Below, piece by piece: positions 9,471-19,593 of a stretch of DNA of 64,000 nucleotides. Every line of letters starts with the position of its first letter. Within the stretch, counting starts at the first letter, position 1. Origin of the DNA: Candidatus Microgenomatus sp. (GTDB taxonomy: Bacteria; Patescibacteriota; Microgenomatia; UBA8517); assembly GCA_020724585.1 (NCBI GenBank), contig DYGS01000001.1:2893-66892 (forward strand), in the 5' to 3' direction. Under the pieces are notes generated by a model. The model had not been told where the DNA came from. It searched no databases and saw nothing but the letters and a program-made list of their open reading frames with translations. Position numbers and translations under genes: made by a program.

Positions 9471-11573
9471 GTGAAGAAAAAAAATTATATTTTCAAATTT
9501 TTTGAAATTGTTGGCAGGCCATTTTATTTTCTACTGTCAGGAATTTTTATTGCTTTGATATTCACTTTATACATAATTGGCCATACTGTAACCAAAGCGG
9601 TCAAACTGATTACAAAGATAGAAATAAAAAAAAATAAAAAATATTTAATACTTTGTTTGCTTCTCTCGTTGGTTTTTGTTTTTTATTATTTAATTTTAAA
9701 AGATTTACCCTCCCCTAAAAAACTTACGAGTAGAAATATAGAACTTTCCACCAAAATATATGACAGAAATGGAATTCTTTTATATACAATATACAAAGAC
9801 AAAAACAGAACTCCTGTCAAACTTTCGCAGGTTCCAAAACATGTTCAACTTGCAACATTAGCTGCCGAGGATGCAGAATTTTACATGCATCCAGGATTTT
9901 CTATTCGAGGAATGCTTAGAGCTATCACTAAAAATTTAAAAGAAGGTAAACTTGAAGGCGGATCAACAATTACTCAGCAACTTGTCAAAAATGCTCTTTT
10001 GTCATCTGAGAAAACTTTTATTAGAAAAGCACGGGAACTGATTTTATCTGTGGGCGTTGAACTAACTTATGAAAAAGACCAGATCCTTGAAATGTATTTA
10101 AATGAGGTTAATTATGGAGGTACAGTCTATGGAATTGAAGAGGCCGCAAGACACTATTTTGGTAAAAATGTTGAAAACTTAACACTTTCCGAAAGTGCGA
10201 TGCTTGCGGGACTTCCTAAAAGTCCAACAAAATTCTCACCCTTTGGGGGTAATCCCGATCTTGCTTTTGCACGCCAAAGGGAAGTCTTATATTTGATGAA
10301 AGTTAATAAATTTATAACTGAAGAAGAAGAAAACAAAGCAATAAATCAGAGACTTTCATTTATCGCTAACAAACAAAATATTTTAGCTCCCCATTTTGTT
10401 ATGTATATCAAGGAAAAATTGGTAGACATGTACGGCGAAGAGATGGTTTTGACGGGTGGATTAAGCGTTACCACCTCACTTGATTTAAATATTCAACTAT
10501 TGGCTGAAGAGGCCGTTAAAGAGGAAATAGATAAACTCAAAAACCTAAATGTAGGAAATGGAGCAGTTGTTATATTAAACCCAAAAACATTTGAAATTCT
10601 AGCTATGGTTGGAAGTAAAGATTATTTTGATATTCAAAATGGAGGCAATGTTAATGTAACAGTTAGACCTCGTCAACCAGGATCTTCAATAAAAGTCATA
10701 AACTATGCTCAAGCACTCTCCGGTAATTATACTCTGGCAACAATAGTTGACGATACTCCGATTACATACATCATAAAGGGCCAGCCCCCATACTCGCCTA
10801 AAAATTACGATAATACTTACCGTGGGAAAATGACGGTCAGACAAGCCCTTGCCCAATCAAGAAATATTCCCGCTGTTAGAATTTTGGCATCTTACGGAGT
10901 TTCCGAAATGATTGATTTGGGGCAGAAAATGGGAATTACAACCTGGAATGACAGATCCAGATTTGGACTGTCGCTAACGCTTGGCGGAGGGGAAACCAAG
11001 CTATTGGATTTAGCTTCAGTATATGCAGTAATTGCCAATTACGGTAAAGGAAAGCAAATAAAAGACATTTTGGAAGTTAAAAATAATAACGGAAAGATCC
11101 TATATTCCAAAAATAATTTTGAGGAAAATGGAGAACAGGTTATAGACCCAAGAGTTTCATACTTATTGATTGATGTTTTGAAAGATAACATTGCCCGTTC
11201 CCCCGCTTTTGGCGCCAATTCAATGCTTGTGATTCCCAATCATCCTGAAGTAGCAGTAAAAACTGGTACGAGTAATAACTTAAAAGACAATTTAACAATT
11301 GGCTTTAGTCAAGATTTTGTCGTTGCTGTCTGGGTGGGAAACAATAACGGTTCACCAATGGCCAGAATCGCATCGGGCATAACGGGCGCCGCGCCTATTT
11401 GGAATAGAATTATGAAAAGTTTGCTTTTCGATAAAGAATCTGTTGAGTGGCCAACCCCCCAAGGCTTGGTTTATAAAGAGTGTTTTTCCAGAAAAGAATG
11501 GTTTTTAGAGGAAAAGCAATTAAGCTGTCCCAAGATTATCGAGCCCGCCGCGACTGATATCTTGATAGAGTAG
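9471..11573 (+). CDS. Class A penicillin-binding protein (tandem paralog)
   Basis: EDAEF, GGSTITQQLVKN, SSIK, SRN, KTGT. Confidence 0.95.
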   Translation: MKKKNYIFKFFEIVGRPFYFLLSGIFIALIFTLYIIGHTVTKAVKLITKIEIKKNKKYLILCLLLSLVFVFYYLILKDLPSPKKLTSRNIELSTKIYDRNGILLYTIYKDKNRTPVKLSQVPKHVQLATLAAEDAEFYMHPGFSIRGMLRAITKNLKEGKLEGGSTITQQLVKNALLSSEKTFIRKARELILSVGVELTYEKDQILEMYLNEVNYGGTVYGIEEAARHYFGKNVENLTLSESAMLAGLPKSPTKFSPFGGNPDLAFARQREVLYLMKVNKFITEEEENKAINQRLSFIANKQNILAPHFVMYIKEKLVDMYGEEMVLTGGLSVTTSLDLNIQLLAEEAVKEEIDKLKNLNVGNGAVVILNPKTFEILAMVGSKDYFDIQNGGNVNVTVRPRQPGSSIKVINYAQALSGNYTLATIVDDTPITYIIKGQPPYSPKNYDNTYRGKMTVRQALAQSRNIPAVRILASYGVSEMIDLGQKMGITTWNDRSRFGLSLTLGGGETKLLDLASVYAVIANYGKGKQIKDILEVKNNNGKILYSKNNFEENGEQVIDPRVSYLLIDVLKDNIARSPAFGANSMLVIPNHPEVAVKTGTSNNLKDNLTIGFSQDFVVAVWVGNNNGSPMARIASGITGAAPIWNRIMKSLLFDKESVEWPTPQGLVYKECFSRKEWFLEEKQLSCPKIIEPAATDILIE

Positions 11574-12185
11574 GTAAAACGGAAGCATTAAAAGAGGAGA
11601 TATTAGCGATAAGACAAATGGCCCTATATATGGGACTGCACCAAAAACTATCGAGGCTAAAAGCGAAAATAAGCCAAAAACCACAGACCTTCCTAAAATT
11701 TTCCAAAAGCGGCCGGAAACCATAGCTTTGCTTGTCCTTAACGCTTCACCAATCTTTAGCCCCCTATCTAAAACCAGCCAGATAGCAAATGAGTACCAAA
11801 CGGCAAATATTATCCCGGGGATAATTAACAGTACTAAACCGAAAAATATTATTAAACCAACAGTCAACGAAATCAAGAAAAATTTAAACATATTTCTGAT
11901 TCCCGCAGTAAAAACACTCCTCACCTCTCCCCCTATATGCAAAAGAGAATAATACTCAATCGTATTCATCCATACACCCGCTATTACTGTTAATGTTATG
12001 AATAATAAATAAAAGGGATCATAAACAGGCTTTTCATAATAACTAAGGGTATAGCCAATAAGTGAAGCTATAATCGCTAAAACAGCCATTATTTTAACAA
12101 AAAAGACAAAGTTTTCTTTTTTGAAGTAAATTCTAAAAGCCTCTTTTATATATTCGGTTGGTGATTTTAGTGTTTGTTCCTGCAT
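11520..12185 (-). CDS. Multi-pass membrane protein (DUF975-like)
   Basis: LLIIPGIIFAVWYSF...ALRTSKAMVSGRFWKI pattern. Confidence 0.6.
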   Translation of the reverse strand: MQEQTLKSPTEYIKEAFRIYFKKENFVFFVKIMAVLAIIASLIGYTLSYYEKPVYDPFYLLFITLTVIAGVWMNTIEYYSLLHIGGEVRSVFTAGIRNMFKFFLISLTVGLIIFFGLVLLIIPGIIFAVWYSFAIWLVLDRGLKIGEALRTSKAMVSGRFWKILGRSVVFGLFSLLASIVFGAVPYIGPFVLSLISPLLMLPFYLLYQDISRGGLDNLGTA

Positions 12186-12223
12186 TCTTGTTTTTCTATT
12201 ATCTATTAACTTTTACTTATTCG

Positions 12224-13153
12224 CTACCTTGTATGTTCAGTATATAATAGTTTAGTTAATTTTGGAAATAATTCATCTGCTTCTTTCTCAACCACCCCAT
12301 CTGTCATAATAACAAGCACAAAAGGCCTACTGCTCATTACAACTCCCGCATCGTTTACACTATGCACCTCTCTACCATATTTATGAGCAAGTCTAATTTC
12401 AGACGGAATGCCCAAACGAAGCCATTTTTCAAAATTAGTATCTGTTAACGATTCCAAAAATTTATTTGTTAAATCATCGCTTAATAATTCTTTTTTATAT
12501 AATTTTTTGAAAAACAAGCCAATATCCTCGGGTGTTGTGATATTTTCTGATAACGATGTATTAATCATTCCTAAATCTAATATGGCCTTATTTATATTTT
12601 CTTTACCCAGCGTTTCAAGTATTTTAAGGTAAATATTGTTATCAGATTTTTTTCCCATCGCCAAAACATCAGGCCATTTTTTTTCATCCTGTATTGCAAG
12701 ATACATAACAGGCAGTTTAATCAAAGAAGCCGCTTGCATTTTTTCTTGATGATTTAGGCCATAATAGTAATCGCCGTTTAAGTCATAAATATAAAAAGCA
12801 TAAATTCCCGAGTAGCCATTTGTTGCATCCTTAAATAGTTTCTTTACATTCTCAATTTTTTCCAAATTTATAGACGAACCTTTATTGCCAACAACAATTA
12901 CATCTTCCTCAAAAGGGTTTAGCTTTGAAAAATCAGGAATCGAAATTTTTGGCAAATTTGGAAGTTTGAAGTTGCGAGCAGATAGAGCTAAGATTGTTGA
13001 GGTTCCAACTGTTAATAAAAGCATTACTAAAACAAAAAGTCTCTCATAAACTCCCCACGGTTTAATAATTTGCTTTTCTCGAGATAGATTTTCCCTAGCC
13101 TTCTTATTTTCAGGCTTCAAATCCCTAATCTCATTTTTTTCAAAAACTCCCAT
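12224..13153 (-). CDS. Membrane-anchored class A beta-lactamase-like serine hydrolase
   Basis: ASLIK (SxxK), SDN, HKYG motifs; N-terminal TM. Confidence 0.85.
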   Translation of the reverse strand: MGVFEKNEIRDLKPENKKARENLSREKQIIKPWGVYERLFVLVMLLLTVGTSTILALSARNFKLPNLPKISIPDFSKLNPFEEDVIVVGNKGSSINLEKIENVKKLFKDATNGYSGIYAFYIYDLNGDYYYGLNHQEKMQAASLIKLPVMYLAIQDEKKWPDVLAMGKKSDNNIYLKILETLGKENINKAILDLGMINTSLSENITTPEDIGLFFKKLYKKELLSDDLTNKFLESLTDTNFEKWLRLGIPSEIRLAHKYGREVHSVNDAGVVMSSRPFVLVIMTDGVVEKEADELFPKLTKLLYTEHTR

Positions 13154-13230
13154 GCTAAAATTCTACCATTTAATTCTTGACATTCACACACAAAACTTCA
13201 GTACAAAGAAGCAAATAAGGCAAATTAGAA

Positions 13231-13509
13231 TTACATTGCAAAATCATCTTGAAGTCCTTTAGAAATATATTGTTTCATTAAAGTTTGATATGGCATATCT
13301 TTTTTGTTAGCCATCATCTTTACTCTTGTCAATAAACTCTCGGTGATTCTTAAAGAGATTGGCTTTTTTGTCAACTGTAAATTGGGAAATATAGCATGTT
13401 TAGCTTTACTCCAATCAAAATAATCTGTAGAATCTGCTTTATCCCAAAAATCTCTTTCTTCATCCTCTGTTTTAAAATTAGGAATTTGTTTAAGTTTTTT
13501 TACTTTCAT
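13231..13509 (-). CDS. brnA: BrnA/CopG-like antitoxin
   Basis: IPNFKTEDEERDFW...ISLR...MPYQTLMK; overlaps the toxin 3' end. Confidence 0.85.
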   Translation of the reverse strand: MKVKKLKQIPNFKTEDEERDFWDKADSTDYFDWSKAKHAIFPNLQLTKKPISLRITESLLTRVKMMANKKDMPYQTLMKQYISKGLQDDFAM

Positions 13510-13795
13510 AGATCTTCCTCTCTTTCTTGTTCATTCTTCTCGCAGATATTATTCTAATTTTTTCATTTCTAATTGTAAAAAAGATACTGATCAGGTCACT
13601 GTGTGCTGACTTACCAATGATCTGGAATCTATCTTCAAATTTAGAATGCTCCAAATCTTCAGCCAAGAGCGACTCATTATCTAAAAAAACACTTTCTGCT
13701 TCTTCATTTGAAATTCCGTGCTTTTTAAAATTTTTATCTTTATTTCCTTTATCCCAATCAAAAACAATTGGTTCAAGAATAATAATATTATTCAT
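13490..13795 (-). CDS. brnT: BrnT-family toxin
   Basis: FDWDKGNKDKNFKKHGI...IRIISARRMNKKERKIYE. Confidence 0.9.
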   Translation of the reverse strand: MNNIIILEPIVFDWDKGNKDKNFKKHGISNEEAESVFLDNESLLAEDLEHSKFEDRFQIIGKSAHSDLISIFFTIRNEKIRIISARRMNKKERKIYESKKT

Positions 13796-13874
13796 AATCA
13801 GTATATACTACATCTATACAAATTGTCAAGATAACTTATGCCAAACCCCTTAAATTAATTCTACCATTTAATTC

Positions 13875-13903
13875 TTGACATTCACACACACACACACTAA
13901 ACT
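13875..13903 (+). promoter_or_regulatory. Sigma70 promoter with (CA)7 tract in a 17-bp spacer
   Basis: TTGACA-ttcacacacacacacac-TAAACT; ATG at 13914. Confidence 0.75.
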
Positions 13904-13913
13904 CGTAGTTAAT

Positions 13914-14330
13914 ATGGCGGAGGAAGTAAGTAACGTTAATCAAGATTTAATAAGCGAAGCACTTAGTGACTTTCGCGAATCAACCGGCCAAAAACCCCAA
14001 AAAGAAGTTGTTTCTGTTGATAAAATTCTTGAAACCGCCAAACAAGTTGCAGTAGACTTTAAAAACAAAGCCTTTGAAACAGTTAATAAATTTCCAAACA
14101 AACTTGATTTTCTTCAGGCATCATTTATGGGCGCGGTTTCGGTTCTACCAGATTTTTATATATATGCCTTAAACTCACCAAATTTTCCTGCTAATGAGCC
14201 TGTTTCAAAGATGTTAGGTACTGTTATGTTTGGTGTCGTGTCGGTTATTTCAAAAGCAGGAACAGTTGAATTATTTAAAGCATGGCATGAAAAAAGCTTT
14301 CCAAAAGCAGAGGTACAGGCAAAACAATGA
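13914..14330 (+). CDS. Hypothetical protein with two hydrophobic segments
   Basis: ORF; start moved to MAEEV because the upstream part is the CA-repeat promoter. Confidence 0.6.
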   Translation: MAEEVSNVNQDLISEALSDFRESTGQKPQKEVVSVDKILETAKQVAVDFKNKAFETVNKFPNKLDFLQASFMGAVSVLPDFYIYALNSPNFPANEPVSKMLGTVMFGVVSVISKAGTVELFKAWHEKSFPKAEVQAKQ

Positions 14331-14689
14331 CTACATTTACAACTTTTTTAAATAAAATAAATCAATTTTCAGAACTTTTAGGTTTATCTCAAGAGGACAT
14401 GACAAAAATAAAATCGGATCTACTTGAGGGCGTTTTTTATGATTTAACTTCTAATCTTGCTAGTGATCCTAACCAAAAAACAAATTTGGAAAATCTATCC
14501 AAAATTAAACCAGTTACACAAGATGATTTTGACAAATTTATGTCTGAAGCCTCTACTTTATTAAAAAATGAAGGTTACGATATTAACGAAGCTTTTGATA
14601 AATCTGCAAAAACAGTACTTGAGGCGTTTATTGCAAAACTTGGTAACAGTCTCCCGCAGGATAAAATTGAGGCTCTAAATAAAATTTAA
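14327..14689 (+). CDS. Hypothetical acidic helical protein
   Basis: ATGA-coupled to the upstream ORF. Confidence 0.6.
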   Translation: MTTFTTFLNKINQFSELLGLSQEDMTKIKSDLLEGVFYDLTSNLASDPNQKTNLENLSKIKPVTQDDFDKFMSEASTLLKNEGYDINEAFDKSAKTVLEAFIAKLGNSLPQDKIEALNKI

Positions 14690-14702
14690 CAAGAAGAATA
14701 AA

Positions 14703-15689
14703 TTACTTTCTTCTCTTTTCCCAAACTTCCTTGTTAACTATATTGGGGGGCATTTCAGAAGAATTTACTTTTAAGATGGCAGAAACTGCCAATTCTCCCA
14801 TTTTTTCTCTAGCTTCAACTGTTGCTGAGGCTATGTGTGGTGTTAATATTACATTTTCCATTCCTATTAGTTCTGGATCAATGTTTGGCTCATTATCATA
14901 TACATCAAGTGCAGCTCCTGATAAATGTCCACTTCTTAGAGCTTCAACAAGGTCATGCTCATTAACAACAGGCCCTCTTGCTGTATTAATTAAATAGCTT
15001 CCCTTTTTCATTTTTGAGAATGCTATAGCATTCATCATGTGCCTTGTTTCATCTGTTAACGGCACATGAAGGGTAACTATGTCTGATGTTTGTAAAAGTT
15101 TTTCTAATTCCTCATATCTAACACCTAATTCTTGTTCCACTTTTTCATCTCTTGTTCTTTTATTATAAATAACATTCATACCATAGCCTCCAGCTCTTTT
15201 AGCAACCATTGTTCCAATTCCTCCAAGACCAACTATTCCCAAGGTTTTACCTCTAAGTGATGTGCCTAAAAATATATCAGGCTCCCAGCCTTTATATGCT
15301 CCTCTTTTGGTGGCTTCATCTGCCTCAACTACCCTTCGGCAAAGGCTCAAGGCAAGGGCCCAAGTGTGTTCGGCAACTGCTTCATCAACTTCTTCGCATG
15401 GAGTATTACAAACTACTATTCCCCTCTCAGTTGCATCTTTGATGTTGATATTATCAAAACCAACTGCATAGTTACTAATTAATTTAAGTTGGGGGCCAAT
15501 AGCATCCATTACCTCTCCATCAATTTTGTCAGTTAAAAGAGATAGAATGTAGGAACTATCTTTACTTCCCTCTAAAAACTCATCGGATGTTAAAGGTCTA
15601 TTAAATTCTGATACTTTAACATCAAAACCTTTATCATCTAGGTCTTTTAAATGAGTCGTGGGAATTTGTCTTGATACAAAAACTTTCAT
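14703..15689 (-). CDS. D-isomer-specific 2-hydroxyacid (D-glycerate/glyoxylate) dehydrogenase
   Basis: AVGFDNI, GIVGLGGIG, INTARG, LDVY..EP, TPHIAS. Confidence 0.9.
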   Translation of the reverse strand: MKVFVSRQIPTTHLKDLDDKGFDVKVSEFNRPLTSDEFLEGSKDSSYILSLLTDKIDGEVMDAIGPQLKLISNYAVGFDNINIKDATERGIVVCNTPCEEVDEAVAEHTWALALSLCRRVVEADEATKRGAYKGWEPDIFLGTSLRGKTLGIVGLGGIGTMVAKRAGGYGMNVIYNKRTRDEKVEQELGVRYEELEKLLQTSDIVTLHVPLTDETRHMMNAIAFSKMKKGSYLINTARGPVVNEHDLVEALRSGHLSGAALDVYDNEPNIDPELIGMENVILTPHIASATVEAREKMGELAVSAILKVNSSEMPPNIVNKEVWEKRRK

Positions 15690-15739
15690 TTGATTAAGGT
15701 TATCATAATTTATAACAAGCACAAAACAAAATGACTATA

Positions 15740-16735
15740 TTACATCTCATCCACTTTTACACCAGAGGATTTAAATCTTTCAACCCAAATATCAATATCG
15801 TTTTCCTTAAGAAGTCCTCTTTGCGCCCCCGTATAACCTATAACTGATGCGGAGTTAACACTTCCCCACACTAAACACTCGTCAAGAGACTTGCCTTTGA
15901 TTTGTGCAGACAAAAAGCCGGACCCAAAAGCGTCTCCCGCCCCCGTTCTTTCAAAAGCATCAACAGGCAAAGGTGGGCAATGAAAAAAATTGGCCCCATC
16001 AAAAGCATAAGCTCCAACTCCACCATCGGTAATTACTGAAACTTTGGGCCCCAAAGCAGAAAGGGCCAGCAATAGCTCACGGCTAACAAAGTCTTTAGCA
16101 GCAAAACCTGTTAATTTTTCTGCCTCCTGTTTATTAACAAAAATAGTATGCGCAAGCTTCATTACTTTATCAACAGTTTCAGATTTTTCTTTTAATTGCC
16201 AACTGCCTGGATTAAAAACAAGTTTGATTTCTGGATTTTTAAGGAGCCATTCAACCATATGATTATAAAACGGCATATAAGATTCTCCCATTGAAGTCAA
16301 ATAGACATACGACACTCTAGGAAGTTGAACTGGAAATTCATAACTTCTGGGGGCATGATAGGTAAAAATTGTTCTTTCACCTGAATAAGTTAAAACTACA
16401 TTAAAATTCGAGTTTGTTGCGGGCTGTTGAATAACATAAGTTAAATCGACCTCCTCCTTTTTCAAAGACTCAACTATCTGATTTCCAATGCTATCATCCC
16501 CAAGCGTCAACACTAAACCACATTTTATCCCCAATCTTGATGCGCCAACCGCGTTATTGGCTGCATTTCCGCCAACCGAAAAATCTAGACTTTTAACGGG
16601 AATTTTGTCGGCATATGAAAAGGCAATTAAACACTCTTTTGTGTTAATGTTGCAAAGTGACTCGGATTCAGATGGATTAATAAAAGCATCCATATTGCAA
16701 TCCCCAATGGATAGTAAGTCTAAGTTCATGGCCAT
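15740..16735 (-). CDS. PfkB-family carbohydrate kinase
   Basis: GGNAANNA...ERTGAGDAFGSGF. Confidence 0.9.
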   Translation of the reverse strand: MAMNLDLLSIGDCNMDAFINPSESESLCNINTKECLIAFSYADKIPVKSLDFSVGGNAANNAVGASRLGIKCGLVLTLGDDSIGNQIVESLKKEEVDLTYVIQQPATNSNFNVVLTYSGERTIFTYHAPRSYEFPVQLPRVSYVYLTSMGESYMPFYNHMVEWLLKNPEIKLVFNPGSWQLKEKSETVDKVMKLAHTIFVNKQEAEKLTGFAAKDFVSRELLLALSALGPKVSVITDGGVGAYAFDGANFFHCPPLPVDAFERTGAGDAFGSGFLSAQIKGKSLDECLVWGSVNSASVIGYTGAQRGLLKENDIDIWVERFKSSGVKVDEM

Positions 16736-17721
16736 TACAACTCTCCTTCCCTAGCTAGTGATGTTTTTTTAAGTACTTCTAAAAACTTTTCTTGAGCAAT
16801 TATTACATTTTCTTTTTTTCCTGACCAAATACTCATAGCATCTTGCTGAAGCGCCCTACTGAAAGAAAATGATAAATCCCATGGACCAAAATGTTTTTCT
16901 TTGTTTAATTTAACAATCTCATTTAAGTTAAATATTGCCTGATCGGGAGCCTGCCCTCCTGAAAGAAATACAATTCCAAAAACTTCTTGGGGTACTGAAT
17001 TTTGAAAGGATCGAAGCGTTGAATTTGAAACTTCTAAGGGCATAACGGAAACACCGCTGTCTTTTCCAGGTAAGACCATGCTTGCTTTAAGTATCAAGTT
17101 GGTTACATCAACATTTTTTTGTTTCAATATTTCAAATAATTTTTTAAGTACCTTTGTTGTGACTTCTTCACATCTTGTATTTGTATGTTTTCCATCATAC
17201 AAAACTTCCGGCTCGACAATTGGCAGCATTTCTAAGTCTTGTACAATTTTTGCATAATCAGCCATTTTACCTAAAGTGTCGTCTAAAAATTCATCTGTTG
17301 GATATAAATCAGAAATATTTATTACTCCCCTCCATTTGGTAAATTCTGCTCCTAGTTTTTTGTATTCTTCAAGTCTTTCTTTTAAACCATTAATTCCTTT
17401 TGTAGTTTTTTGATCAGTATCTTTAAAACTTTCCAGTCCCTGATCGACTTTAATGCCAACAACAATACCTTTATTTTTTAAAATTTCGGCAAATGGCTCG
17501 CCCTGAGCTTTTTGTCGGAGGGTTTCGTCAAACAAAATTACTCCACTTATATATTTTTCAATATCCGGGGTCGTAAACAACATTTCTCTGTATTCTTTAT
17601 TCAATTCAGGAGTAGAAACTAAACCAAGATCAGAAAATCTTTTGGTAATAGATGGCGTTGACTCATCTGCAGCCAAAATTCCCTTGTAATGTACTAATAG
17701 TTTTCGGACAGTATCTTTCAT
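16735..17721 (-). CDS. fba: Class I fructose-bisphosphate aldolase
   Basis: KGILAADES, GIKVDQG, PIVEPEV, FLSGGQ, FSFSRALQ. Confidence 0.95.
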   Translation of the reverse strand: MKDTVRKLLVHYKGILAADESTPSITKRFSDLGLVSTPELNKEYREMLFTTPDIEKYISGVILFDETLRQKAQGEPFAEILKNKGIVVGIKVDQGLESFKDTDQKTTKGINGLKERLEEYKKLGAEFTKWRGVINISDLYPTDEFLDDTLGKMADYAKIVQDLEMLPIVEPEVLYDGKHTNTRCEEVTTKVLKKLFEILKQKNVDVTNLILKASMVLPGKDSGVSVMPLEVSNSTLRSFQNSVPQEVFGIVFLSGGQAPDQAIFNLNEIVKLNKEKHFGPWDLSFSFSRALQQDAMSIWSGKKENVIIAQEKFLEVLKKTSLAREGEL

Positions 17722-17738
17722 ACATTATAAGATTACAC

Positions 17739-18734
17739 TCATGCGTTCTTTTTGGCAATTAACTTTTTAATGGATTTAATAATATCTTCTTTTGCTAAAC
17801 CATATTCTTTAAAAAGCTCATCTGGTTTTCCTGATTGGCCAAATCTGTCTTGGACCCCAAGCATCTCCATATGCACAGGAAAATTTTTAGAAAGTGTTTG
17901 GGATACAACTGATCCTAGTCCTCCTATTACTTGATGTTCCTCAATTGTCATAATGGCATTAGTAAGTTTCGCATATCTGATAACCACTTCTTCATCGAGG
18001 GGCTTTATTGTGTGCATATTAATAACTATCGTTTCTATTCCATTTTTTTCAAGCTCTTTATAAGCTAACAGTGCCTGATAAACCATTAATCCATAGGCAA
18101 TAATTGCCACCTCGGGCTTTTTACTTTCAGTTAAAATATTTGCTTTCCCGATTTTAAATGGCGATTTTTCAGTCGTATAAACAGGACTTTCAATTCTTGG
18201 AAGTCTCATGTAGAAGGGCTTATCAATTTTGGCCATTTCTAGCGTTGCCTTTTTTGCTTCATTGTAATCACTTGGAGCAACTACATTCATACTTGGTATA
18301 ACTTGGGCAAGAGCAATATCTTCTAAACCCTGATGTGTTACGCCGTAATGACCAATATTAAGTCCGCTTTGTGCCCCAATTATTTTTACAGGATAACCAT
18401 CGATTCCAATTGTTGTTCTAATTTGTTCCCAATTCCTGCCTGGAGAAAATATCGCATAGGATGTTGCAAACGGAATCTTGCCGAAATTTGCAAGGCCTGA
18501 AGCAATTGTAACTAGGTTTTGTTCTGCAACTCCAACTTCAATAAATCTTTCAGGAAATTTATCTGCAAAGTAGTTAACTTTTGTAGATTCTTTTAAATCT
18601 GCAGTTAATGCAACTATTCTTTCATCTTGTTCACCTGCCTCCAATAACCCATGTCCAAAACCATCCCGCATGAGTTTCATTTCAATCTTTTTAGTAAATA
18701 TGTCAGGATTTAGATTTAATTTAGCATTTAGCAT
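17739..18734 (-). CDS. Transketolase, C-terminal subunit
   Basis: EVGVAEQN, G.THQ..ED, EEHQVIGGLG. Confidence 0.9.
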   Translation of the reverse strand: MLNAKLNLNPDIFTKKIEMKLMRDGFGHGLLEAGEQDERIVALTADLKESTKVNYFADKFPERFIEVGVAEQNLVTIASGLANFGKIPFATSYAIFSPGRNWEQIRTTIGIDGYPVKIIGAQSGLNIGHYGVTHQGLEDIALAQVIPSMNVVAPSDYNEAKKATLEMAKIDKPFYMRLPRIESPVYTTEKSPFKIGKANILTESKKPEVAIIAYGLMVYQALLAYKELEKNGIETIVINMHTIKPLDEEVVIRYAKLTNAIMTIEEHQVIGGLGSVVSQTLSKNFPVHMEMLGVQDRFGQSGKPDELFKEYGLAKEDIIKSIKKLIAKKNA

Positions 18735-18744
18735 TTGTAATTTG

Positions 18745-19593
18745 TCACTCCCCGTAAGGGGTTACCTTTCCTCCCATTGTTCTAATTTCCATAATTGCTT
18801 TTTTGGCTTCAATGTCATTTGGCGCTTTAGCATGCCAATTGGGATTATTTTCCATGAAATCAACTCCCATTCCCGGGATAGTATGAGCAATTATTACAGT
18901 CGGATTTTCAAATATGCTTCTGGCTTTACTGCAGGCTGAAACAATTTCATCAAAATTATGTCCGTCTATATCAATCACTGACCAGCCAAATGACTTATAC
19001 TTATCCAACAAGGGCTCGAGCGGCATAATATCTTCTGTATGCCCATCAATTTGAATATTATTTCTATCAACAATCAAGGTTAAATTTGAGAGATTGTTTT
19101 TACCTGCAAACATAACAGCTTCCCAATGGTTTCCCTCATTATGTTCCCCATCGGAACAAATAACGAATGTTCTAAATCTTTTTTTATCCATCCTTGCCCC
19201 ATATGCAACCCCGCAAGCCTGTGATAATCCCGACCCAAGCGGGCCTGATGTTGTTTCAAGACTTTTTAAAAATCTCTTATCAGGATGTCCCTGTAAAATA
19301 CTTCCAAATTTACCAATTTTAAAAAGCTCTTTGTGCTCAAAATAACCTCTATGGGCCATAACTGCATATCTTGCGGGACAAATATGACCATTTGACAATA
19401 CTAACCTGTCTCTATCTTCCCAGTCAGGTTTTTTAGGGTCATGAAGTAAAATCACATAGTAAAGTGTTACTAAAACATCAACCATACCAAGTGAACCCGC
19501 AGGGTGCCCATAACCTGCTTTTAAAATCATTTCAATGATATCTTTTCTAACTTCCTTTGATATTTCTTGTAATTCTTCTGTTGTATACTTCAT
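18745..19593 (-). CDS. Transketolase, N-terminal (TPP-binding) subunit
   Basis: GHPAGSL, DRDRLVLSNGH, SDGE..EG..WEA, DRNNIQIDG. Confidence 0.9.
   Translation of the reverse strand: MKYTTEELQEISKEVRKDIIEMILKAGYGHPAGSLGMVDVLVTLYYVILLHDPKKPDWEDRDRLVLSNGHICPARYAVMAHRGYFEHKELFKIGKFGSILQGHPDKRFLKSLETTSGPLGSGLSQACGVAYGARMDKKRFRTFVICSDGEHNEGNHWEAVMFAGKNNLSNLTLIVDRNNIQIDGHTEDIMPLEPLLDKYKSFGWSVIDIDGHNFDEIVSACSKARSIFENPTVIIAHTIPGMGVDFMENNPNWHAKAPNDIEAKKAIMEIRTMGGKVTPYGE

Larger units (their letters stand above)
13159..13890. repeat. 34-bp perfect direct repeat (13159-13192 and 13857-13890) flanking a BrnT/BrnA module
   Basis: AATTCTACCATTTAATTCTTGACATTCACACACA occurs twice. Confidence 0.9.

Noticed and set aside
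11520-11573. 54-bp convergent overlap of the PBP and membrane-protein genes (also a 21-bp overlap at rpoD)
   Set aside because: Short convergent overlaps are ordinary in compact genomes.
12224-13153. Antibiotic-resistance beta-lactamase
   Set aside because: Membrane-anchored, next to PBPs and only motif-level similarity; more likely a cell-wall serine hydrolase.
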